64,000 nucleotides of DNA from an uncultured Alphaproteobacteria bacterium (GTDB lineage: Bacteria; Pseudomonadota; Alphaproteobacteria; Rhizobiales; Hyphomicrobiaceae), in contig CAVQMH010000018.1 in assembly GCA_963713575.1 (NCBI GenBank), positions 6,230-70,229 on the forward strand, read 5' to 3'. This document shows, one piece after another, positions 19,699-30,084 of the stretch. The notes under the pieces were generated by a model. That model saw only the letters and a list, made by a program, of their open reading frames with translations. It was not told the DNA's origin and searched no databases. A program made the translations under genes and the position numbers. Position 1 is the first letter of the stretch. Every line of letters starts with the position of its first letter.

Positions 19699-20934
19699 AT
19701 GGCAGAGCCGCGCGTGGCTCCAATGCCGGTCCGGGCCGATACGGGCGGAGGTGCCCCTTCCGCTGCCGTTATGGGCACGTACGCCCGGCAGAACCTCGTT
19801 TTCGCGCGGGGTAAAGGATCCTGGCTCTATACGGAAGCAGGCGAGTCTTATCTGGATTTCGCGTCCGGCGTCGCGGTGAATGCCCTGGGACACGCGCATC
19901 CCCGGCTTGTGGCGGCGCTGACCGAACAAGCCGGCAAACTCTGGCACACATCGAACCTCTATCGGGTCGCGGGCCAGGAGGCGCTGGCCGAGAGGCTCGT
20001 CGAGGTCACGTTCGCCGACAAAGTTTTCTTCTGCAATTCGGGGGCAGAGGCCTGCGAAGGCGCGATCAAGACTGCGCGGCGCTATCACTACGTCAACGGC
20101 GCGCCGGAACGCTGGCGCATCATCACCTTCGAAGGTGCATTCCACGGGCGCACCCTGGCGACGATCGCGGCGGGAGGCAATCCCAAGTATCTGGAAGGCT
20201 TCGGTGAGCCCGTCGGCGGTTTTGACCTGGTGCCGTTTGGCGATCTGGATGCTGTGCAGAGCATGATCTGCCATGAGACGGCTGCGATCATGATCGAGCC
20301 GGTGCAAGGCGAGGGCGGCGTGCGGCCAGCATCGGATGTGTTCCTGCGGGATCTGCGTGCGCTATGCGACGATCACGGGCTGCTGCTCATCATGGACGAA
20401 GTGCAGAGCGGTGTCGGTCGTACCGGCAAGCTCTTCGCGCACGAGTGGTCGGGTATAACGCCGGACATCATGGCCATTGCGAAGGGCATCGGCGGCGGTT
20501 TCCCCGTGGGGGCATTTCTGGCGACCGAAGAAGCGGCCAAGGGTATGACGCCCGGCACGCACGGTTCGACGTTCGGCGGCAATCCGCTGGCGACCGCTGT
20601 CGGCGTCGCGGTTCTCGATACGGTGCTCGAACCCGGCTTTCTCGATACCGTTCTGCAGCGCGCGAACCGGCTCTCGCAGGGGCTCGCCCAACTGAAGGAC
20701 GAGTTTCCCGGAATTGTGCTCGAAGTGCGAGGCAAGGGTCTTCTGGCCGGTGTGAAGCTCGCGCCGCCGGTCGCCGATGCGGTCAAGGCCGTGATCGGGG
20801 AAAAGCTGCTGGCCGTCGGCGCCGGCGAAAACGTGATGCGCGTTCTGCCGCCGCTCAATGTCTCGGATGCCGAAATCGCCGATGGCCTTTCCCGCATGCG
20901 CCGCGCGTTCGCGCAGCTTCCCGCAAAATCCTGA
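19699..20934 (+). CDS. argD: acetylornithine aminotransferase (class III PLP aminotransferase)
   Basis: [17 protein letters not shown]...[15 protein letters not shown] motif set. Followed by argF. Confidence 0.9.
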   Translation: MAEPRVAPMPVRADTGGGAPSAAVMGTYARQNLVFARGKGSWLYTEAGESYLDFASGVAVNALGHAHPRLVAALTEQAGKLWHTSNLYRVAGQEALAERLVEVTFADKVFFCNSGAEACEGAIKTARRYHYVNGAPERWRIITFEGAFHGRTLATIAAGGNPKYLEGFGEPVGGFDLVPFGDLDAVQSMICHETAAIMIEPVQGEGGVRPASDVFLRDLRALCDDHGLLLIMDEVQSGVGRTGKLFAHEWSGITPDIMAIAKGIGGGFPVGAFLATEEAAKGMTPGTHGSTFGGNPLATAVGVAVLDTVLEPGFLDTVLQRANRLSQGLAQLKDEFPGIVLEVRGKGLLAGVKLAPPVADAVKAVIGEKLLAVGAGENVMRVLPPLNVSDAEIADGLSRMRRAFAQLPAKS

Positions 20935-20965
20935 TTTCCAACACAACGCACAAGGCGCCTCGACA

Positions 20966-21901
20966 ATGGCCAAGGCCAACGCCGTCAGACACTTTCTCGA
21001 TATCGACCGGCTCGATTCCAAGACGTTGGGGCGCATGATCGACAACGCGCACGATATGAAGTCGGCCGGTCGCAAGGTGCCAGCGAAGATGCGACCAAAG
21101 GGGATCGAAGACAAAGTCTTGATCCTGATCTTCGAGAAGCCTTCGACGCGGACGCGCGTATCGTTCGATATCGCGATGCGGCAGCTCGGCGGCACGACGC
21201 TGGCGCTCAATCATACCGATTTGCAGCTGGGGCGCGGCGAAAGCATTGCCGATACGGCGCGCGTTCTGTCGCGGTATGGCGATGCCATCATGATCCGCGC
21301 CAACAAGCACGAAACGCTTCTCGAGCTTGCCGAACACGCAACGATCCCGGTGATCAATGGGCTCACCGACAGGACGCATCCGTGTCAGATCATGGCCGAC
21401 ATCATGACGTTCGAGGAACACCTGGGGCCAATCAAGGGGCGGACGGTGGCGTGGGTCGGCGATGGTAACAACGTCGCCGTATCGTGGATGCATGCGGCGG
21501 CGCGCTTCGGTTTCAACCTGAAGCTCGCGTGCCCCGAAGAACTCATGCCCGCAAAGCACTATCTCGACTGGGCGAAAAAGGAGAAGGCCGATATCGCTGT
21601 CGGTACCGACCCTGCGAAGGCTGTCAAAGGCGCTGATTGCGTCGTTACGGATACATGGGTTTCGATGGGCGACACAGATGCTCAGCGTCGCAAGCAGATT
21701 TTGAAGCCTTATGCCGTCACCGACGGTTTGATGGCCAAGGCCGCCAAGGATGCGATCTTCATGCATTGCCTGCCGGCCTATCGCGGGCACGAGGTGAGCG
21801 AGAGTGTGCTGGAAGGTCCCCAGTCTGTGATCTTCGACGAGGCCGAGAACCGGTTGCACGCGCAGAAAGGTGTGCTCGCTTGGTGTTTCGGCGTGGATTG
21901 A
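20966..21901 (+). CDS. argF: ornithine carbamoyltransferase
   Basis: [12 protein letters not shown] and HPCQ motifs, plus HCLPA near the C-terminus. Start taken at Met 20966 ([13 protein letters not shown]) rather than ORF start 20858, which overlaps argD. Confidence 0.9.
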   Translation: MAKANAVRHFLDIDRLDSKTLGRMIDNAHDMKSAGRKVPAKMRPKGIEDKVLILIFEKPSTRTRVSFDIAMRQLGGTTLALNHTDLQLGRGESIADTARVLSRYGDAIMIRANKHETLLELAEHATIPVINGLTDRTHPCQIMADIMTFEEHLGPIKGRTVAWVGDGNNVAVSWMHAAARFGFNLKLACPEELMPAKHYLDWAKKEKADIAVGTDPAKAVKGADCVVTDTWVSMGDTDAQRRKQILKPYAVTDGLMAKAAKDAIFMHCLPAYRGHEVSESVLEGPQSVIFDEAENRLHAQKGVLAWCFGVD

Positions 21902-21914
21902 GAAGCAAGAGAGA

Positions 21915-22847
21915 ATGGCAGGTTCCGACACGAGCGCCGGCAGAACTCCAGGACTGGCGGTCCAGGGGGCGGACGATCTTGTCGTGCCGTTCTCGACGGA
22001 CAAATCGGGAATCCGAGGGCGCGTCGTGCGCATGGGCGGTGTGGTCGACACGATCCTGTCGCGCCACGATTATCCCGAAGCCGTGAGCGAGGCACTGGGA
22101 CAGGCGCTGGCGTTGACGGCCATGCTCGGGCAGCCGCTGAAGCCCGGCGGGCGGCTCGGGTTGCAAACGCGGACCGATGGACCGATCCGTTTCTTGCTTG
22201 CAGACTATGAGGCGCCGGGGCGGTTGCGGGGATATGCGAGTTTCGATGCGGACGCGATTTCTGCGATGGGGCCACGACCGAAGCAGGGTGACCTGATCGG
22301 CAGCGGGCACATGGCGATGACGCTCGAACGAGTTGGCGAGGATGATCGCTATCAGGGCATCGTCGCGCTCGAAGGGCAGAGCCTGGGAGCGGCGGCGCTG
22401 ACTTATTTCCGGCAATCGGAGCAGTTACCAAGTTATGTGCGCCTCGCGGTGGCTCGGCATCGCGTTCAAGGCGGCGATAGATGGCATTGGCGCGCGGGCG
22501 GGCTTCTGATCCAGCATCCGACAGCCGAGGTCGAGGACAACGACAGTCCGTCGGCACCGCCGGAGCAGGAGAACTGGCAACGGGCGCGCATTCTGGCGGC
22601 GAGCGTCGAGGATCACGAGTTGATCGATCCCACGCTGTCGGCGGAGCGGCTACTATTTCGTTTGTTCAATGAAGAAGACGTGCGGGTGTTCAAAGGGCAG
22701 ACGCTCGATGCAAGCTGCCGTTGTTCGCGCGAACGCGTGCAGATGTTTCTGACGCGCTTTTCAAAAGAAGATCTGGAAAGCTTACGCGAGCCGGATGGGA
22801 GCATCTCCGTCACGTGCGAGTTCTGCAATACGAAGTACTCTTTTTAG
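21915..22847 (+). CDS. hslO: redox-regulated chaperone Hsp33
   Basis: C-terminal zinc centre CRCSRE...CEFCNTKY. Start taken at Met 21915. Confidence 0.88.
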   Translation: MAGSDTSAGRTPGLAVQGADDLVVPFSTDKSGIRGRVVRMGGVVDTILSRHDYPEAVSEALGQALALTAMLGQPLKPGGRLGLQTRTDGPIRFLLADYEAPGRLRGYASFDADAISAMGPRPKQGDLIGSGHMAMTLERVGEDDRYQGIVALEGQSLGAAALTYFRQSEQLPSYVRLAVARHRVQGGDRWHWRAGGLLIQHPTAEVEDNDSPSAPPEQENWQRARILAASVEDHELIDPTLSAERLLFRLFNEEDVRVFKGQTLDASCRCSRERVQMFLTRFSKEDLESLREPDGSISVTCEFCNTKYSF

Positions 22848-22892
22848 TTGCGCCGTACGACACGCCTGCGGCGCGCCGGCTGGAAGGCGCGG

Positions 22893-23678
22893 CTACTCCT
22901 CGCGTTCGCGGGCGTAGCTGATGATGGAGAGGAAGCGGATTGGCAGCTTGACAAGTTCTTCGGGACCATGCGGGGCGTCGGCGTCGAAGAAGAGGCTGTC
23001 ACCGGGGAGCATCGTGTAGAGCTTGTCGCCGTGCCGATACACGACTTCGCCTTCCAGCATGTAGAGGAATTCGAGTCCGGAGTGCTGGAACAGCGGGAAG
23101 ACGTCCGACTTTTCCGTGAGCGTGATCATGTAGGGCTCGACCACGAGGCCGGTGGCGTTGCCGCCCGAGAAGCCCAGAAGCTGATATTGGTGACCTGCCC
23201 GGGTGCCGCGGCGCTCGATAACGAGGCCCTGGCCGGCGCGGACGAAAACCGCGTCGCGCTTTTCTTCGAAGCGGCGAAAGAGTGCGGTGACGGGGACGCC
23301 GAGGGCGCGCGAGAGGCGTTGCAGCGTCGTCAGTGAGGCGGATGTAACGCCGTTCTCGATCTTCGACAGCATGCCGAGGGAAAGGCCCGTTGCGCGGGCG
23401 AGATCGGAGACGGTGATGCCAAGTTTCTTGCGGAAGGCACGGACTTCGCGGCCGATAGCGACTTCAAGAACATTGTCGCGGGCGCCGGAAAGCGCGTGAG
23501 GGTCCTGGCTGTCGAGAGCGGGCGTGTGAATGTCTTCGCCGTCCTCGAGGTCGTCGGGCTTTTCTGCGGTCTCTAGTTCGTCTTTGGCGTTGAGCGGGCG
23601 GGGATCTTTGTGTGGGGACGGTGCGGAACTTACAAGGTTCCGGACGTCCTTGGGGACCGTCTCCGAGGCTTTTTTCAT
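22893..23678 (-). CDS. XRE-family HTH transcriptional regulator with C-terminal cupin domain
   Basis: HTH (ITVSDLARATGLSLGMLSKIENG) followed by a cupin-type C-terminus. The Met at 23678 forms an ATGA overlap with the stop of the upstream gamma-subunit gene. Confidence 0.8.
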   Translation of the reverse strand: MKKASETVPKDVRNLVSSAPSPHKDPRPLNAKDELETAEKPDDLEDGEDIHTPALDSQDPHALSGARDNVLEVAIGREVRAFRKKLGITVSDLARATGLSLGMLSKIENGVTSASLTTLQRLSRALGVPVTALFRRFEEKRDAVFVRAGQGLVIERRGTRAGHQYQLLGFSGGNATGLVVEPYMITLTEKSDVFPLFQHSGLEFLYMLEGEVVYRHGDKLYTMLPGDSLFFDADAPHGPEELVKLPIRFLSIISYAREREE

Positions 23679-24364
23679 CCGCTTTCCAGATTTCTCAAAA
23701 CAGTCCGGCATGCAACGGCGCCGCCGAATTCCTGGGCAGCGTCAATTAAGCAGTCAAAGAAATACAGGGCCGAAGCACTATCGGCAAGAATGTGAAAAGC
23801 AGGTGTGTCACGAATGTCCGCCCGCGTCACGATGGCAGATAGCTTGGCGACGGATGTTTGCGCAATCGAGAGATCGGGGAATTTCGCCAAGCGAAGATCG
23901 ATGCCGCAGATTTTTGCAAACATTTCCGGGGCTTTGGCGCCGCTGATTACGAACCAGGCGTGGCTGTCGCGGCGCAGGAGCGGATAGGTCCGTTCGCCGT
24001 CGTCAAGGCGCCAGCTGGTGTGCAAGTCCTGGAGCCGCCCGGCGTCACCTGCGAGCGGAGACAGCAGGATAACTTCACTGGGCGCCAGCACGAGGCAGAG
24101 ACCGCCGTCCGGCTGGCGAAAGGCGCGGTTGGGTGCCGCCTCCACCACAATGCCACGCTTCTGCATCGCCGCGATCGTCTCGCGGCCTTTGAAACCGAGA
24201 CGGGGCAGCGGCGACAGATCCGTGATCGCGAGATGTCGTGCGGCTTCAACGGTGCCGAGACCGTCGGCGATGGCGATGTCTTCGAGCGCCGTCCAACGTG
24301 CGCCAGCCTTTTCGAGAGCCAAGCGGAGCGGCGTGCGGCGCAGGTGCTGGTCGGGTGTCGTCAT
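23675..24364 (-). CDS. soxG: sarcosine oxidase gamma-subunit family protein (mgdD-like)
   Basis: 229 aa. It is the last gene of a B-D-A-G ordered heterotetrameric oxidase operon, and size and position fit SoxG. Confidence 0.75.
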   Translation of the reverse strand: MTTPDQHLRRTPLRLALEKAGARWTALEDIAIADGLGTVEAARHLAITDLSPLPRLGFKGRETIAAMQKRGIVVEAAPNRAFRQPDGGLCLVLAPSEVILLSPLAGDAGRLQDLHTSWRLDDGERTYPLLRRDSHAWFVISGAKAPEMFAKICGIDLRLAKFPDLSIAQTSVAKLSAIVTRADIRDTPAFHILADSASALYFFDCLIDAAQEFGGAVACRTVLRNLESG

Positions 24365-24379
24365 GTGCGGGCGTCCATT

Positions 24380-27286
24380 TCAGAGTTCCTGGCGCGCGTT
24401 ATCGGGATCGTAAAAGGGGGTCGGGACGACCTCGGCAGAGACCATCACGCCATCGACGCGGATTTCAAAGCGCTGTCCCGTTTCCGTCATGTCGAGGGGC
24501 AGGTAGACGAGGCCGACGACCTTGCCGAGCGTGGGGGATTTCACCACCGACGTAATGCGACCGACGATCTGGCCGCCGCGGATCACAAGGTGGCACTCCT
24601 TCGGCGCCGGCCCCGATCCGTCTGTGACGGTGAAGCCAACGAGCTTGCGCGTCATGCCTTTTGCGGTCTGCATGTCGATCGATCGCTTGCCGACGTAAAA
24701 GGGCTTCTTTTTCGCCAGCGCCCAATCCATGCCGGCTTCAATCGGGTTTGTGAGCCCATCGGTGTCCTGGCCCACGATGATGTGGCCCTTCTCCAGACGC
24801 AGGATACGCTGAGCTTCCACACCGAACGGCTTCAGTCCGTGTGGCTTGCCGGCGGTCATCAGCGTATCCCAGAGTGCTTCGCCGTAGCTGGCGGGGCAGT
24901 GGATTTCGTAGCCCGCCTCACCGACGAAGCCGACGCGGAGGATGCGGACCGGAATGCCAGCCAGCGTGCCGGTGCGGACGCCCATGTAGGGGAAGGCTTC
25001 CTTGGAGAAGTCGATGTCGGTTGCCAACGATTGCACGATGGCTCGAGCTTTGGGGCCGGCGAGGTTCACGGCAGAGTAGGCGGCCGTGACGTTCGCTACA
25101 TCGACATCCATCTTCCATTGCACGTTGAACCAGGTCATCGCGCGATACACTTGATCGACGCCGCTCGTGGTGGCGGTGACATAGTAATGGTTCGGTGCGA
25201 GGCGGCAGGCTACGCCGTCATCAATGACGACGCCGGCCATGTCGGTCATGAGGGTGTAGCGCGCGCGGCCGACGGGCTGCTTTTCGTAGGCCCATGTGTA
25301 CATACGGTCGATGAAGGCGGCAGCGTCCGGACCGCGGATGTCGAGGCCACCGAGCGTGGAGACGTCGATGAGACCGGCGGAGTTGCGCACGGCGCGGACT
25401 TCATCCTCGATGGTACGGGCAGCGGTGTCCGTCGCTCCGTAGAATGCGGGGCGCATCCAAAGTCCGGCTGTCATGAACTGGGCGCCCAGTTCCTCGTGGC
25501 GGCGATGCATGGACGTCAGGCGCGTCGGTTCGAATGCGCGGCCTGCCATGTGGGCAAACTTTTCCGGGACGAGCGGCGGGCGGTAGGTGGTGGTACCGAT
25601 CGCCTCGAGCGGCTTGCCGGTGACGGCGCCGACGACACGGATGGTGTTGAGGTTCGCGTGGCGGCCCTGGCTCGGTCCAAGGCCGGCGGTGGAGTATCGC
25701 TTAACGAGCTGAATGTCGTCGTAGCCGTCTTTGACCGAGTTGATGATGTCCTTGACGGTCAGGTCTTCATCGAAGTCGATGAACTCCTTGCCTTTGCCGC
25801 TCTTGAAGACAGGGTAAGGGTGCGTAATGGAGGTAGCGCCCTGATCTGTAGTTTCGGGCACCATGGCGGCTGCTTCGCCTCTAATGCGGCTTGCGGCGGC
25901 AGCTCCCGTGGATTGCGCTTGGGCGGCGACCAGCTTGGGCGACCATACTCCAGCGGCGCTACCGGCGAGCGAAACCCCGGCGGGCAAATTCACCGCGCGA
26001 TGCATCTGAATGCTGTCGTCGAACACGACCTTGGCGCCGACGTGGCTTGCGAGGTTCAATGCGGGCGAACAGCCGACAGAGATCAGCACGCAGTCGCAGG
26101 TTATCCAGTCGGTGACGTTTGAGGTTTTGCCTTGGCCCGTGATCGAGGCGACGCCGATGCTTTCAACGCGCAAGTAGCCTTTTGCATCGACAGGGGTGGC
26201 GTTGTTGACGATGCGGATGCCGCGCGCGCGTGCGGCTTCGACAGCGGGGCCCGTCGTGGCGCCGAGATCGACGACGGCTGCGACTTCGCCGCCGGCATCG
26301 AGCATATCGAGCGCGGCTTCGTAGCCGAATGCGTTCGACGTCGCGACGACGGCGCGTTTGCCGGGGCGCACGCCGTAAAAGCGCATCAGTCGCTGCGCAG
26401 CAGTGGCGAACAGGATGCCGGGGCGGTCGTTGTTGCGGAAGACGATCGGCTGATCGAAGCTACCGGCCGCGACGATCGTTTCGCGCGTACGGATCTTGTA
26501 AAGTCGATTGCCGCTGATCGCTGCGACCCAGCCGTCGGTAAAGAGGCCGGAGACTACGGTGTTTGAAAGAATCGTGAGATTTTTCAGGCTCCGCGCCTTC
26601 GCGACGAGATCACGGCGCAGTTTTTCCGCGGCTTCGCGGCTGTCGCCGATGCGGCCATAGAGGAGCGACCCGCCAAGCTCCGACATCTCTTCGATGAGCA
26701 GCGTATCTGCGCCGCCCTCAGCCGCTGCAATGGCTGCCTCAAGACCCGCGAGACCACCACCTACAACTAGCACGTCGGTGAAGAGGTAGGACTTGTCGTA
26801 GTATTTGTGGTCGGCGCGGGGATCGAGGGTGCCGAGGCCCGCCATGATGCGGATGGGACGCTCGAAATATTTCCAGATGCCGGCCGGCCTGAAGAAAGTT
26901 TTGTAATAGAATCCGACGGGTAGGAAGCGCGAGAAGTAGTCCATGACCGAGAAAGCGTCGCGCTCCAGCGAGCCCAGACGATTGATGGACGTGACCGCCA
27001 GCCCCGGGGATATCGGGTGTAGGTCGGCGCGGACGTTCGGCTCGTCGGCAACTTGGACGAGTGTATTCGCGTCAAGGCCGTTCATGGTTAATGCCCCGCG
27101 CGGGCGATGGTACTTGAACGAGCGCGAGAGCACCACCTGGCCGCCGCCGTAAAGCGCGGAAGCGATGGTGTCGCCGTGGTAGCCGTTGAAGAGCCGGCCG
27201 TCGAAGGTGAACGACATCGGCTTGGTGCGGTCGATCAGGAGCCCGAAGCCGGGCTTGTCGATACGGCCGGTCGAATGTCCGCTCAT
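24380..27286 (-). CDS. soxA: sarcosine oxidase alpha-subunit family protein (mgdC-like)
   Basis: About 968 aa. It has an N-terminal 2Fe-2S-like/NAD(FAD) region (VLVVGGGLAGLEAA) and a C-terminal aminomethyltransferase (GcvT)-like folate-binding domain. Start 27286 overlaps the soxD stop (ATGA). Confidence 0.88.
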   Translation of the reverse strand: MSGHSTGRIDKPGFGLLIDRTKPMSFTFDGRLFNGYHGDTIASALYGGGQVVLSRSFKYHRPRGALTMNGLDANTLVQVADEPNVRADLHPISPGLAVTSINRLGSLERDAFSVMDYFSRFLPVGFYYKTFFRPAGIWKYFERPIRIMAGLGTLDPRADHKYYDKSYLFTDVLVVGGGLAGLEAAIAAAEGGADTLLIEEMSELGGSLLYGRIGDSREAAEKLRRDLVAKARSLKNLTILSNTVVSGLFTDGWVAAISGNRLYKIRTRETIVAAGSFDQPIVFRNNDRPGILFATAAQRLMRFYGVRPGKRAVVATSNAFGYEAALDMLDAGGEVAAVVDLGATTGPAVEAARARGIRIVNNATPVDAKGYLRVESIGVASITGQGKTSNVTDWITCDCVLISVGCSPALNLASHVGAKVVFDDSIQMHRAVNLPAGVSLAGSAAGVWSPKLVAAQAQSTGAAAASRIRGEAAAMVPETTDQGATSITHPYPVFKSGKGKEFIDFDEDLTVKDIINSVKDGYDDIQLVKRYSTAGLGPSQGRHANLNTIRVVGAVTGKPLEAIGTTTYRPPLVPEKFAHMAGRAFEPTRLTSMHRRHEELGAQFMTAGLWMRPAFYGATDTAARTIEDEVRAVRNSAGLIDVSTLGGLDIRGPDAAAFIDRMYTWAYEKQPVGRARYTLMTDMAGVVIDDGVACRLAPNHYYVTATTSGVDQVYRAMTWFNVQWKMDVDVANVTAAYSAVNLAGPKARAIVQSLATDIDFSKEAFPYMGVRTGTLAGIPVRILRVGFVGEAGYEIHCPASYGEALWDTLMTAGKPHGLKPFGVEAQRILRLEKGHIIVGQDTDGLTNPIEAGMDWALAKKKPFYVGKRSIDMQTAKGMTRKLVGFTVTDGSGPAPKECHLVIRGGQIVGRITSVVKSPTLGKVVGLVYLPLDMTETGQRFEIRVDGVMVSAEVVPTPFYDPDNARQEL

Positions 27287-27600
27287 GTGGAGGTCGCTCC
27301 GGTGTCGGCGCCGCCGGCCGCAGCGCTCGCCGCCTGCTGACGGGCGAGGAAGGCGTCGTAGGTCATGGTCTCGATGATCTCGTCGGTGATGGTATTGCGG
27401 CGGGCGATGAACCAGTAGTTGGTGGGTGCGTGGAGCCACCACTCAGTGATTTCGCCAGCAAGGTTTTCTTCGAGGAACAGGTATTCGGTCCATTCCGCGT
27501 CGGTGGCGGTCGCCGGATCCGGCATCCGCTTCATCTCACCGCCCCAGACAAATTCGGAGATGTTGCGCGGCCCGTTGAGAGGGCACTTCAGGATTTTCAC
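27283..27600 (-). CDS. soxD: sarcosine oxidase delta-subunit family protein (mgdB-like)
   Basis: VKILKCPLNGPRNISEFVWGGE... is a typical SoxD N-terminus. GTG start at 27600 with a gagggagaag SD upstream. The ORF-track Met at 27636 would overlap soxB. Confidence 0.8.
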   Translation of the reverse strand: MKILKCPLNGPRNISEFVWGGEMKRMPDPATATDAEWTEYLFLEENLAGEITEWWLHAPTNYWFIARRNTITDEIIETMTYDAFLARQQAASAAAGGADTGATST

Positions 27601-27613
27601 GTGTTCTTCTCCC

Positions 27614-28855
27614 TCAGTGACCGACCGACGCTGCACCCTTCTCGCCCACGAGATCGAAGGTGGAGAAGCGAGAGAGAGCGAAGGGTTTAAGAAGATCGGG
27701 CTGGCGGCCTGTGGCGACGCATTCGGCCATGCGCTTGCCGCTGACAGGGGTGGCTTTGAAGCCCCAGGTGCCCCAGCCGGCGTCGATGTAGTAGTTTTCG
27801 ACCGGTGTCAGACCCATAACGGGCGAAAAGTCCGGCGTCATATCGGCCATGCCCGCCCATTGGCGGAGAATGCGGAGTTCGCCCATGAAGGGGAACAGTT
27901 CCAGCATGTGACCCATGAGGCTTTCTTTGAAATCGAGTGTGGAGCGCGAGGAATAGAGACCATAGGGATCGGTCGCGCCGCCCATGACCATTTCGCCGCG
28001 TGCCGACTGCGAGATGTAGACGTGGAGGGAGCCCGACACGACGATCTGATCGAGGATCGGTTTGACGGGTTCGGAGACGCATGCCTGCAGCGGAATGGTT
28101 TTGATCGGCAGCTTGATGCCGGCCATGCGCGCGACGTGCGAGGAAGACCCCGCAACCGCCTGCATCACCTTGGCGGCGTGGATGACACCCCGATTGGTTT
28201 CCACGCCGATGGCGCGGCCGTTCTCGATCAGGATCCTCCTTACTTCGGTCTGCGTGTGGACTTCCACACCGCGCTTCATCGCTTCCTTGGCATAACCCCA
28301 AGCCACGGCGTCGTGGCGGGCAATGGCGCCCGGCGGATGGTATAGCGCGCCCAGGATCGGATAGCGCGCGTCGTCTGTGACGCTCATCGTCGGGCAGATG
28401 CGTTTGACTTCGGCTGCGTCGATTACTTCGGAGTTGACGCCCATGTGCTTGTTGACTTCCGCGCGCCAGCGGGCCGTGCGCATGGCTGCGTCGGTGTGGG
28501 CAAGCGTGAAGTGCCCGCGCTCGGAGTACATCACGTTGATATCGAGTTCGTTGGATAGCGTGCGGAACAACTCGACGGATTCTTTATAGAAGGCGACGCC
28601 TTCGGGGGTCAGATAGTTGGCGCGCACGATGGTGGTGTTGCGGGCGGTGTTGCCGCCGGCGAGCCAGCCCTTTTCGAGCACGGCGATGTTGGTGATGCCG
28701 TGATCCTTGGCGAGATGGTATGCGGCAGCGAGGCCATGTCCGCCCGCGCCGATGATGATCACGTCGTAGGTTTTCTTGAGATCGGGCTTCCAGCGGAAGT
28801 GCGGGTCGTCGGGATGTTCCCGCGACAGCGCGTATTTCAGGAGTGCGAATGGCAT
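27614..28855 (-). CDS. soxB: sarcosine oxidase beta-subunit family FAD oxidoreductase (mgdA-like)
   Basis: 413 aa. YDVIIIGAGGHGLAAAYHLA dinucleotide fold, DAO family, first gene of the operon. Confidence 0.9.
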   Translation of the reverse strand: MPFALLKYALSREHPDDPHFRWKPDLKKTYDVIIIGAGGHGLAAAYHLAKDHGITNIAVLEKGWLAGGNTARNTTIVRANYLTPEGVAFYKESVELFRTLSNELDINVMYSERGHFTLAHTDAAMRTARWRAEVNKHMGVNSEVIDAAEVKRICPTMSVTDDARYPILGALYHPPGAIARHDAVAWGYAKEAMKRGVEVHTQTEVRRILIENGRAIGVETNRGVIHAAKVMQAVAGSSSHVARMAGIKLPIKTIPLQACVSEPVKPILDQIVVSGSLHVYISQSARGEMVMGGATDPYGLYSSRSTLDFKESLMGHMLELFPFMGELRILRQWAGMADMTPDFSPVMGLTPVENYYIDAGWGTWGFKATPVSGKRMAECVATGRQPDLLKPFALSRFSTFDLVGEKGAASVGH

Positions 28856-29112
28856 TCAGGTGCTCCGGCGATTACCCCGGCAAATTGACCGGCCCAGGGG
28901 GTCGTCCGCCCGTTGCGACCATGCCCCCAAATGTTCCCAAAGTGCAAGAAATTTTCCGCCTGTTCAAGTCTCGACGATTTTCGGACTCTCCGGTCTGCAC
29001 ATTTTTGTTGCAGCGCACTGCATGAAATTGGTGACTCTCGTCGATTCAGTAGGCAGTTCGCCTTGACATGTCGCGGCACCGTGACGCAGACTTTCCGCTG
29101 AATAAAAATAGA

Positions 29113-29127
29113 TTGCCTGACAGGCAA
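29113..29127. promoter_or_regulatory. perfect 15-bp palindrome TTGCCTGACAGGCAA in the divergent soxB / membrane-protein promoter region
   Basis: Read directly. It is preceded by AT-rich tgaataaaaatagat, about 40 nt upstream of the first small membrane ORF. Confidence 0.4.
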
Positions 29128-29165
29128 CATCGTGTCGACCGGAATTAGCCGGTCATTCTGGGGAG

Positions 29166-29465
29166 GTGTCCGTGCAACAAAAAGCAATCGACCCGCGCGT
29201 CGATCGGATGTTCGGTCAAGACCGGCTCTGGGCCATCGTGGCTCTCGTGACCGTTTGGCTGCTCTACACATTCGTCTTCTACTTCCTGATGCCGCATATG
29301 AAGGACGAAGGGGTTATGGCGGCCCTGCTGATCAGTGGTGGTCTCGTCATGCTGTTCAATGCTGCCGCCATCTACGCGATGATCAAGCACTACAGCGAAG
29401 ACCGGACGCACATCTACGGCCTCGACCTGCACTACCTCGACATCATGAACCAGCGCAAAGATTGA
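29166..29465 (+). CDS. small membrane protein (about 97-99 aa, 2 TM)
   Basis: Hydrophobic segments LWAIVALVTVWLLYTFVFYFL and AALLISGGLVMLFNAAAIYAMI. GTG starts at 29166 or 29172 after ggggagg. First gene of a tightly packed 4-gene operon. Confidence 0.6.
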   Translation: MSVQQKAIDPRVDRMFGQDRLWAIVALVTVWLLYTFVFYFLMPHMKDEGVMAALLISGGLVMLFNAAAIYAMIKHYSEDRTHIYGLDLHYLDIMNQRKD

Positions 29466-29475
29466 GGAGGCCAAG

Positions 29476-29868
29476 ATGAACAACGGTGATTACGTGCCTC
29501 CACGCCAATCGGCTCTGGGGCAATTCTTCGACAGCATGTTTTTGCTGGCTCTCGTGTTCGCCGCGCTGTTCGCGCCCTTGTATCTGGGACTCGCAAGCGG
29601 CGGTAAAACCGAACTCGAGGTCGCCGACAAGACAACCTGGAGCGGTCTCGGCCAGAATGCCGTCATGCAAGCGGGCTGGGAGAAACTCGGATACACGCCC
29701 GAGACAGCGGCGCCTCTCATCATCTCACGCTTCGATTACTCGTTCGATCTGATCGCGCTCGGCGTCACGGCACTCGTGGTGATCGGATACTTCTTGCTGG
29801 TGGTCGCGTTCTCCAAGAGCGAATACCGCGAAGTCATCGCCGAACGTTTCGGCCGCAGGGACCGGTGA
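29476..29868 (+). CDS. small membrane protein (130 aa, 2 TM)
   Basis: TM segments FLLALVFAALFAPLYLGL and LIALGVTALVVIGYFLLVVAF. SD gaggagg lies upstream, with a 10-nt gap from the previous ORF. Confidence 0.6.
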   Translation: MNNGDYVPPRQSALGQFFDSMFLLALVFAALFAPLYLGLASGGKTELEVADKTTWSGLGQNAVMQAGWEKLGYTPETAAPLIISRFDYSFDLIALGVTALVVIGYFLLVVAFSKSEYREVIAERFGRRDR

Positions 29869-29880
29869 GAGGGAAACGCC

Positions 29881-30084
29881 ATGCCTGATATCAACACGCT
29901 CAACAACTTTCAGCTCATCGAATACGGCACCTGGGGGCTGTCTCTGCTTCTGGGTCTGTGGATGCTGTTCGACACACTCAAGACAAACATGACTTATTCC
30001 GAGGATCTCCTGACCTCGTCGCGTGAAGGCGAAATCGAAGACGCCCTCGTGATCGACCCGACCCATCAGGGAGGTCCCCGGTGA
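29881..30084 (+). CDS. small membrane protein (67 aa, 1 TM)
   Basis: TM segment WGLSLLLGLWMLF. Its stop overlaps the GTG start of the permease (GTGA). Confidence 0.55.
   Translation: MPDINTLNNFQLIEYGTWGLSLLLGLWMLFDTLKTNMTYSEDLLTSSREGEIEDALVIDPTHQGGPR

Noticed and set aside
23858-26122. 754-aa plus-strand ORF antisense to the soxA-like gene. Similar long antisense ORFs lie at 20855..22051, 34922..36073, 44215..45843 and 46838..48151.
   Set aside because: They lie fully inside well-supported genes on the opposite strand. Their translations are Arg/Gly/Ala/Asp-rich low-complexity sequences with no family motifs. This is the classic shadow-ORF behaviour of high-GC DNA.
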